DNA of 64,000 nt from Octopus vulgaris. Taxonomy: Eukaryota. This document shows positions 54,675-64,000 of the stretch, piece by piece. The stretch spans positions 145,080,001 to 145,144,000 of the forward strand of contig OX597816.1 of assembly GCA_951406725.2 (NCBI GenBank), read 5' to 3'. Position numbers and translations under genes: made by a program. Position 1 is the first letter of the stretch; every line of letters begins with the position of its first letter. Below the pieces are notes generated by a model, which was given only the letters and a program-made list of their open reading frames with translations, was not told the origin of the DNA and did not search any database.

Positions 54675-55083
54675 AAATCTAGACATCAAGGTACACTTGA
54701 GATCGAGGTATCGATCACTGGTACACCTCCCATTTTAACCCCACAGCAATTTGGGCCAAATTTCGTTAATCAGTTAATCAAAAATCCTCCCACGATTTGC
54801 TTGAGTGGCTTAGGTAAAGATTTATTCATCTCAACCCATCCTTAGCGCATATTCCCTCTGTGTATAAAATTTAAAGAAAATCGGTTGAAAACTTTAAATG
54901 TTATGGCAGAAAATATCATTCATATGAGAAATTGCATTGAAATGCCCTATTGATTTTTGAGAAATCGATGCTGTTTAAAACTTACCAATGTTTTTGAAAT
55001 TTCAAGTGCATAAGCTCCACACACATGTCAAGTTTCATGAAGATCGGTTGGATAGTCTTGGAGGAGTTAATGTAACGGCTTCA

Positions 55084-55134
<51 letters not shown>

Positions 55135-55200
55135 ACAGACAGAAATTGCCATTGTATGTATGTATATATACATATACATACATACATACATTTATATATA
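54675..55200 (-). mobile_element. Non-autonomous Helitron/Helentron-like element with internal (CA)n
   Basis: AAGTTTCATGAAGATCGGTTG and AAATTTAAAGAAAATCGGTTG motifs, then (CA)n-ACAGACAGAAATTGCC-(TA)n. This layout is typical of Lep1/DINE-like rolling-circle elements. A CTAG and a short hairpin lie near 54679-54717. Confidence 0.5.
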
Positions 55201-55211
55201 TATATATATAT

Positions 55212-55297
55212 ACTATAGCCTCAGGCGCACCAAAACCTTGTGAGTAGATTTCGTATACGAAAACTGAAAGAAGACTGTCATATATATGTGCATATTT

Positions 55298-55344
<47 letters not shown>

Positions 55345-55548
55345 TATGTGTGTGTGTGTTAGTATCTCCACCATCGCTTGACAACCGATGTCGCTGTGTT
55401 TACGTCCCTGTAACTTGCCCATTTTGGCAAAACACACCGATAGAATAAGTATTGGACTTACACAGGATAAATCCTGGCGTGGATTTTTCGACTACAGGTG
55501 GTGTACCATTATGGCCGCAGTCACATGACTGAAACAAGTAAAACAATA
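55212..55548 (+). mobile_element. SINE family B lacking its head
   Basis: CTATAGCCTC..CCTTGTGAGT..GACG/ACGAAAACTGAAAGAAG..(TG)n..CATCGCTTGACAACCGATG..ATGGCCGCAGTCACATGACTGAAACAAGTAAAA. Confidence 0.88.
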
Positions 55549-55554
55549 AAAAAT

Positions 55555-55596
55555 TATGCCATTTTAATCCCGAGCAACGTCAGTTATCTCTGCTAG
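55555..55596 (+). mobile_element. Helitron 3' terminus remnant
   Basis: CCCGAGCAACGTCAGT-TATCTCTGCTAG|T: a decayed subterminal hairpin about 10 nt before CTAG, followed by T. Confidence 0.45.
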
Positions 55597-55861
55597 TGTT
55601 GAATAATTATAGCATATGACCTTTAGTGAGTTAAAGGAAAAATATAACGGCTATTCAAATTATTTAGTTTAAATTCAAAATTTCACGCGCGATTTTGTAT
55701 TATATAATTGTTTTAAGATGTGTTGAAAATCTCCGAGCAGAATATCGTGAATTTTTTTCAGCTTATATTAAAAAATATATTATTAGGCACTCAAGAATTC
55801 CGATTTTCACTATTTTCCGTGAAATATTGCAGTTGCTGAAATTAACTTTAAAGAAGACTCT

Positions 55862-56061
55862 CTCTCTTTTACTCTTTACTCTTTTACTTGTTTCAGTCAG
55901 TTGACTGTGGCCATGCTGGAGCACCGCTTTTAGTCGAGCAAATCGACCCCAGGACTTATTCTTTGTAAGCCTAGTACTTATTCTATCGGTCGCTTTTGCC
56001 GAACCGCTAAGTTACGGGGACGTAAACACACCAGCATCAGTTGTCAAGCGATGTTGAGGGA

Positions 56062-56105
<44 letters not shown>

Positions 56106-56268
56106 CAACAGGCTTCTTTCAGTTTCCGTCTACCAAATCCACTCACAAAGCTTTTGTCGGCCCGTGGCTATAGTAAAAGACACTTGCCCAAAGTGCCACG
56201 CAGTGGGAATGAACCTGGAACCATGTCGTTGGTAAGCAAGCTACTTACGACACAGCCACTCCAGCGCC
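55862..56268 (-). mobile_element. SINE family B, full length
   Basis: The minus strand has the tRNA-like head GGCGCTGGAGTGGCTGTGTCGTAAG..GGTTCATTCCC, an internal (TA)/(TG) tract, and the tail GGTGCTCCAGCATGGCCACAGTC..CTGAAACAAGTAAAAGAG. Confidence 0.93.
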
Positions 56269-56577
56269 AAAAACAATGTTTTATTTTACTTACTGGTTGG
56301 ATATTAGGGTACATATTCAGCCGCATGTCTTGAAAAGGGAATGATGGCAACCGCTGCAAAGAAGAAAGTTAGAAACTGAATAGACATGTCAAATCTCTTG
56401 TTTCAAATTCCGGCATCAGTCACAATTGGTGGAATTATTGTAGTTTTGAAACAATCTCTATGACCATAGTTCGAAACCTGTTTTGCCACATTCAAAGATT
56501 TTCAAGGTTATCTAGCTCTCCCTGTCTCATCCCGCTTGACTGAAAGCACAGAAATAAACACACATGTATGTATATAT

Positions 56578-56825
56578 ATTTCTTTACTACCCACAAGGGG
56601 CTAAACATAGAGGGGACAAACAAGCACAGACAAACGGATTAAGCCGATTACATCGACCCCAGTGCGAAACTGGTACTTTATTTATCGACCCCGAAAGGAT
56701 GAAAGGTAAAGTCGACCTCGGCGGAATTTGAACTCAGAACGTAACGACAGACGAAATACCGCAAAGCATTTCGCCCGGCTTGCTAACGTTTCTGCCAGCT
56801 CGCCGCCTTCTGCCAGCTCGCCGCT
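56578..56825 (-). mobile_element. SINE family A, full length, tail type 1, with the first 18 bp duplicated
   Basis: Reverse complement of the 34861-35090 type. TTCTGCCAGCTCGCCGC occurs twice in tandem at 56790-56824. Confidence 0.93.
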
Positions 56826-56857
56826 ATATACATGTATGTATATAGATATAGTTTCCT

Positions 56858-57480
56858 TCTCTGTTTTACTCATTTCAGTAATTAGACTGTAGTGATGATA
56901 CATCACCGCCTTGATGTGTTTAGTCGAACAAATCGACCCCACTACTTTACTAAGGTCAGGTACTTGTTATATCGGTCTCTTTAGCCGAGCGGCTAATTGA
57001 TGGGGCCGTAAACAAAGCAACACTTGTTGTCAAGCGGTGATGGGGTACAAAGACAAAGATATAGTCAGTCACACACACGCATGTACGCACACACGCACAC
57101 ATACATAAACCGGTTCTAGATAAAATTAGCTTAGTATGATCATTAAAAATAAATATAAATAATAAATATAGTTTGGTTCTTTTTAGTATTCGAGAACATG
57201 GCTGTGAGGAGGTTCTTCTTTGGATTTCAGTTCCTTTCGTAAAAACCTGTCATCAGAAAAGAAATCAGATTACTTAGTCTTAATTTTAAAATAGCAGGTC
57301 TTCCCGCGCATTCATTTTATAAAGGAACTAATTTTATGGATTAGCAGCTTAGTCTATTCATCTCGACGAGGGATAGGAACATCGTTCAGCGACGTATCAA
57401 TATGTAGTTTTTCCATCATTGTGAGTGAGCTACTTAATTGCTCGGTAGATTAATGGGTAGAGAAGAATAAATTTATAGTG

Positions 57481-57527
<47 letters not shown>

Positions 57528-57554
57528 AGGGAAATTTTTTAACCACTATGTGGA

Positions 57555-57602
<48 letters not shown>

Positions 57603-57745
57603 GACGGGCTTCTTTCAGTTTCCGTCTACCAAATCCACTTACAAGTCTTTGGTTGGCCCGAGGTTATAGTAGAAGAGGTGCTACGCAGTGGGACTCTACT
57701 CCGAACTATGTGGTTGGGAAGCAAGCTTCTTACTACACAGCCACA
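56858..57745 (-). mobile_element. SINE family B split by a ~0.4-0.5 kb insertion in its internal microsatellite
   Basis: The tail half (56858-57100) and head half (57598-57745) are in the correct order and orientation, with unrelated sequence at 57106-57480 between the CA and TA tracts. Confidence 0.7.
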
Positions 57746-58297
57746 TAAAATTATGTGGCCACCACAGAAAGCTCCTCTAGTGGAACTGGAAGAGTAAGTC
57801 AACTGATCTCCTTTGTAATGACAAGTTATGAAAAGAATCTAAATCTTGAAGAATCTCTCTTCACAACCATCATCTTGAAGACTCTGAAAACGACAAAATA
57901 TATTTATTGTTTATATTTAGTTCTAATGACCATACAAGTCAATTCTATCTAGTACCCTTTTTCTATACATTGTATATATGAAGGAAAATATTGTATGTAT
58001 ATGTAGATTTGAAGTATTAGTGGAATCATAATGTTATGGTGATCTGATGAGCTGGTCTTCTTAATCAGCATTGATTTATAAATGGGTAGTATTCATACTG
58101 GTGCAGACATGTAAAATAATTTATTATATACTGAACTTATTACACGCTGAATGTTGCGAAACGGTCGTAGCCCTCAGTATAAAAAGTAGCTAAATAAATA
58201 TATTCACCTCTCATACCGCCTGATATTCTACAGTTTACATACATAACCCCCCCACCCCACCACCACCACACATATGTACACATTATGCAGATGAAAA

Positions 58298-58450
58298 CTT
58301 TTTTTCAGTTTCCGTCTACCAATCCCACTCATAGGCCTTTTGTTGGTTCCCGTCTGTTGTAGACGACACTTGCGTAGATTATCACGTGGGACAGTACAAA
58401 ACCATATGGTTGGGAAGTAAACGTCGTATCAAACAACCTCATCTGCGCTA
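58298..58450 (-). mobile_element. SINE family B head (decayed)
   Basis: TTTCAGTTTCCGTCTACCAATCCCACTCA..GACACTTGC..ACCATATGGTTGGGAAG. Confidence 0.75.
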
Positions 58451-61055
58451 TCCATACTGTATAATATATAAATATATATATCGAAGTACTATGATTTTAT
58501 AATTAAAAATGCCTTGTTAGTTGGTATTTCGGATGTTGAGTGCTATTTATCATAGCGTAGTGGACGATAACATATTACTGCGTATTATGCTCAAGATATG
58601 CGCTAATCACCGAATATAAAATGTTAGAAGATGGTGTTGATGACATGAGCTTTGTAGATTTCCTGCAGCCAGATTTCAAACAATCCTGTAAAATTAACTT
58701 TCACGAAAGTTTTGAAAATCTTGCTTATTACTTATGAAGAGTTTACCCTGAAATAGATCTCTTAATCTTACTAACCGAAAAATAATCCTACCAAAGGCAA
58801 ATTTAAAGGAAGTAACCACATCAATTTGTGGTTAAGATCAAATACTACAAGCATTGTTCTATATTCATTATCTTGAGTCTATGTAATTATTTTCTTGTGG
58901 GACATACCTTCAAATATACGGTTTATATCGTTAAGTTTATAACAGGCTTTAAAGTTAGCAGATTTTCAATATAAACCTATTTGAGTTATCTTACACAGTA
59001 TTTAGTTTTGAAGCAACAGATATCGAGATTCATTGTAATTCTCAGTAATTTTATTTCATTCTTATTACTATCTCCATTAATTCAGTCCTTACAATTCTCC
59101 TTTATTTCATTGTCGTCTTTCTTACACTTTTACTTTGCCTGTTTCTTCGATCTAGTTTAATCTGCATAGTTATCAAACTAAACAATGCTTTCTGATTTTC
59201 ATATAAATCTTGACATAACACACGGAAATATATTGTTAATAAGAGGTTTCTCTTATCAGTATATCTTGTAGTAATTCTAACAACCAGTGGCATTCCTTAT
59301 GAGCTTTCTAGCATCTTATTTGCATCTTTATGCTTCCTTCTTAAATGTATTTAGATTACCAGAATTCAAATATAACATGCCATATGCGAAGAAATGACGC
59401 AAACAGCACAGCAGCATAAGAAGTACAATATCTTTCAAACCTACATGCCCTACGTTCATATTCAACCAGTGTAAAATTAGATTTGTAGCATTTTCTTGTT
59501 GATAAATTAAGTATCCGTTTCACATAACTGGCTCATTGAAAATTTCTATTTGCATACGATTACACATGAATTAAAGAGATTATCATCAAGTACGGTCATA
59601 CGCAAGATGTAATATTTGCTGTCATGGAGCCACTGATTGTTGTGTTACTTAAGTGAACACTAACTAGTGAGGACTCTATGATTTGAATATTTCCTCCATC
59701 ATTGCTCTGTGCACGATATGCTCAATAAGCTATAAGCTTCAGAGACTGTAATAATCTATTACTCATTACTTTAAAGATGATGAGTGCCTCACATCTTCAC
59801 CTTTCAATCTTGTTAAAACTTCTACCCTTACTAAATTTGAATTATATCACTGCAGGCGTAGATGGAAATAGGAAACTCAGAGAAAGATTTTGTAATTTAA
59901 TACGTCGTGGAAATATACGTAAAAATGTTACTGGAAGTATTTTAACTAACAGTTTTAACGATTCTTCAAAAATATTCCGTCAAGAGTATAATAACAGCAA
60001 AACTTCCTATCACTGGTGATGCACAGAATCTATGGCATAAGCCTTCTCTCTGCTCCGAATGCCCTACGTCACGATAACATATTCCTCATTGAGGCTTGCA
60101 GTGATAGACAATGAACTTGTGTCTTTTTTCAGTTTTTCATCTGTATTTATGAATGGTTTACAGAGAGTAACATTATTAATATTGCAAAGTATGATAAAAT
60201 ATGAAGTCAAGCTAGGTGTTCAATTTATACATTATTTTATATTGATTAATTTTTATGTACAAAGTTCAAACAATTCATTTTTAATCTTAATTTGTTATTC
60301 AACTTTAATTAAATCAACTTCTTAAACTTTAAACTCTGCAAAATGCTTATACACTTGTTTCAATTTTCGGGTCAAATGTGGTCCTCAAAATCATGTACCA
60401 GCATAATACTGAGGTTGCCTATCACCCACAGACCTTTTAACCAAATCAAATAAATCAACATTGAACTACTACTGAGAAATACAATGTAAAATAATATCAG
60501 GTGATAAAAAATATACTGACATTAAACATAAAATAACTTTAAAAATAACTTCGAACAACATGTAGCGAGCACTGACGATAAAATGAATAATAATAAGCAC
60601 TGTAAGAGCTACAGTGACAATACAATACAAATAAAAGCAACTGCAACAAAGCAATGTAAACAAAATTGTAACGTTATTGAATGAAGAAAGTTAAATATCA
60701 CGAAGAAGAAAAACTATATGTGCTAGACAAAAAATTCAACAGAGAATGAAAACGTTGAAACCAACAACAAAATCAATAATAGATAAAAACAATATAAACA
60801 ACATTTACGCCAAAACATATATATACCAGCAGCGCAACAACCATCATCATCATCAAAACAACAATATCAATATGATCATTACCAGCATCACAAAGAACAC
60901 AAGAATAACAACAGTAAACACGTCTATAGCATAGAGAAAAAAACAGACAAATACAACACAGCTAGTAAGACGTCAGTACTACAAACAGTACCACTTCTGA
61001 CACTAAAATATCTTCGACAACTGTGACAACATTGCAAGTAAACATACATATATGA

Positions 61056-61075
61056 AAAACCAGCACGCCACTACA

Positions 61076-61150
<75 letters not shown>
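61056..61150. repeat. (TAA)n microsatellite
   Basis: Direct reading. Confidence 0.97.
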
Positions 61151-61152
<2 letters not shown>

Positions 61153-61849
61153 TACCATCAACTGTACCTCCACCATGAATGATGGAAATAACAGCATTAT
61201 CAGCAACAACAACAACGACAACCATAATACAAGTATGGCAACAGTGTGTGGTGGTATTGAATCACAGGAGAAAGACACGAGTCTTATTTTAAAATAAAAC
61301 AGAAACACGACTTGAAATATAAAGAAAAAATATCAAAGCCGAAAAATTAACAATGGTGAGAAGAAAATACAGAAAAGATCGAGAGAAAAATGACAATGAC
61401 AATAGTTATAAAACCGACAGGAACAATAACAGCATCTGAAACAACGGTAACGACAGCAAAAACAGCAACAAAATACCCATAAGAATAGTGACAACAAAAA
61501 CAATACGTTATAAAAGCACCGGCGGCAATAACAATGAAAACAGGGAAACATTATCAAGGAGTGAAATATAATAAAATGAAAACAAGAAACAAAGATAAGA
61601 AAAAACAAATATAGCCGCCACAATAAAGAATAAATGAACAATGTAAATAACAACAAAAACAATATCAATAAAAAAATACAACAATGCTGATAATATTAAA
61701 TGAATATAGCGATGTATTATTAAATAAAAATGGCACATAAAAGTGAAGAAAAATTTCAGTCATAACAATCACAGTGATATAAATAAATGACAACAGGACT
61801 TCACGACAACGATTACAACTACAACAACAGCAACTATGATAATAGTAGT

Positions 61850-62295
61850 AATGGTTTAAAATTTAGACAGAGGTCAGCAATTTTAAAAGAAAGGGGACAG
61901 TCAATATCATCGACTTTGGTATAAACTAGTACTTTAATCGATAAAGGTAAAGTGTATCTTGGCAAAATATGAACAAAAAATAAAAAGAAAAAACAGAAAG
62001 CGCTCTATATACGGTTAGATATCGTATTTGTCGTTCTAGAAATTCCGCCATTTTACTGACCTTTGTAATAGTGGTTTCCAATTTTCACAGTGGGCCAGTA
62101 ATATTGGAGGGAACGGGTGGTGGGAGGGAGACGATTATATCGGTCCTAGGATCAGAATGATGCTACTTTTATCGACTCCAATTTGATGAAAGGCAAAGTC
62201 GACCTCAGCGAAATTTGAGGTCAGAACGTATGGAAGGGCGAATTGCCGTGAAGCATTTTGTCCGGCGTGCTAAGGCTACTACCAGCTTGCCGCCT
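61850..62295 (-). mobile_element. Two decayed family A SINE copies (about 61850-61975 and 62068-62295)
   Basis: TTTATCGAC..GATGAAAGGCAAAGTCGACCTCAGCGAAATTTGA..CAGAACGTA..CATTTTGTCCGGCGTGCTAA. Confidence 0.7.
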
Positions 62296-62296
62296 G

Positions 62297-62336
<40 letters not shown>

Positions 62337-62381
62337 ATCCTCCTCCTCCTCCTCCTCCCCCTCCTCCTCCTCCTCCTCCTC

Positions 62382-62441
<60 letters not shown>

Positions 62442-62480
62442 AAAATAACAATAATAATAATAACAGTAATAATAATAAAA
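62297..62480. repeat. Compound (CTA)n/(TCC)n/(TAA)n microsatellite
   Basis: Direct reading. Confidence 0.95.
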
Positions 62481-62619
62481 AATTTGGCAGAAAACTCGTA
62501 AATTTAGCGAGGAAGGGGCGAGTAAATTACGTCGATCCCCAGTGCTCAATCGTAATATATTTAATCTATTCAGAATTGATGATAGGGAGATAATAATAAT
62601 GACAATAATAATAATTAAT

Positions 62620-63050
62620 AAAGAACGACCAATAGAAGAGTTTAGGGGATTTTAATTTCCAGACTGATCAGGAAATACAAGCTAGATGATCAGATATGGT
62701 TTTTGACAAAGGGAAAAACGAGAGTGCACCATCATAGATTTGGTTATATCTACAGACATTAATGTAGCGGTCAAAGAACAACAGAAAATAGGATTTACCT
62801 AGGGAAATACGAAGACAGTGGGGGGTTTCTATAAAAATATTCCCAGTTTTTATAGGTGCCCAATGTACCATCACCAACAGATTTAACACTTCCCTTATTG
62901 AAATCGGTGTAACTACAAGAGTTGCGTTAATTCAGAAATCGCCTCTATTGTGGATAGTAAGAATTGTTAGAAAATGCCTCAGTATCTGAGAAATTGTAAA
63001 CCGGTATCAAGGACATAGACTCCGGTGCGATGACTTTATTAAACACCTCG
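62620..63050 (+). mobile_element. R4/Dong-type LINE restriction-like endonuclease (RLE) remnant
   Basis: Fragments DFNFQTDQEIQAR*SD, CTIID..DINVAVKEQQKI, EIRRQW, FPVFIGA and LIQKSPLL..RIVRKCLS correspond to the WDF.IQTD..ARRPD..IID..KE.EK..PVVIGALG RLE signature. The 5' junction is in a TAA-rich tract. Confidence 0.75.
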
Positions 63051-64000
63051 TTTTAGTTTTCTCTATCGCTACTTATGTACTGACCCTAATTGATTCGTGT
63101 TTAATCGCGCTTTTTAAGAAAAACCATCATTTGTTATACCGATTGCCCGGTTAAACAGTTCACGTGTACGTCCAAGATACAGTTCTAATATCTCTCTAGC
63201 ACTTAAGGGATGGCTTAGACTTTTTGGGATACAGACGATTACTATTCTGAATATATAATCTTAGTTACTGGACACGTCTAGCACCACTAACTTACCTTCT
63301 GGTCGATATTGTAGAATCCAGATAATTTCCTAAATAATACAAGAGCTGCACATCCCAAACCGGTCGACTTGAAAATGCACACACCTTACAGCCAAAACCT
63401 TGTTTCACTGATTGTCATCAAATATGTAACTAGTGACCTTCAATCATTGAACAGATGGCCGTGCTTCATTGGTGACTTCAGGCCAATATCTACACAATGC
63501 ACTCAACTTTAAGTCTGGCTATGTTAGACAGAAAGAGGTAAGTGAGAATTACCCACTTATCTTATTCTTGTGGAAAGAAAGTTGTTAAGTTCTTCCTGTT
63601 TGTGTGTGGTTCCAAATTCTTTTGTTTATGATGCGTCGGAAGAATACGAGAACGCAGAACGCCGATTACACTTGATGTGAATAGAGTACTAAATTACTGC
63701 ACCAAACTATATAAATTAATAGCGACAAATTAAATGGAATTTACTGGGGAAAATGCTGACGGATGTAATATGATGATTTGCTATGTAAAATTTATTTATC
63801 TTTAACATACATAATTAGTTTACTGCCAAATTTTGTACTTGCTTGTAATCGTACGCCATGTGTACTGAAAAGAATTATATCAGTGTCAGATAAATATAAG
63901 CCACCCATCTTACAAAATGACAGACAATTCTAATAAAAGATGACACATGCATCTTGTTGTGTAAAACGAAACGCGAACTTTCAACTGAGTGTAGAAAAAC

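Overview
Eukaryotic, AT-rich, microsatellite-dense DNA with no recognisable intact protein-coding gene. It reads as a long intron or an intergenic region of an animal genome. The SINE families look to me like those of Octopus or another coleoid cephalopod; this is recognition from memory, not a database result. Almost all ORFs in the track are microsatellite artefacts. The supportable content is decayed mobile DNA: three mariner copies, one Tc1-like DD37E (TRT-type) element, fragments of CR1/L2-group, RTE and R4/Dong-type LINEs, three tRNA-derived SINE families in many copies, and Helitron-like pieces. The most notable signal is a set of short elements in or beside (TA)n tracts that carry minimal type-I hammerhead ribozyme motifs, either Penelope pseudo-LTRs or retrozyme-like elements (22.9, 36.5, 38.0 and 40.1 kb). 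Other items of interest are a SINE/LINE shared 3' tail, a 19-bp array built from a LINE 3' end, a perfect double-CRE hairpin and several long inverted repeats. Most boundaries were read by eye and are approximate (about +/-10 bp) unless TIRs or motifs are quoted.
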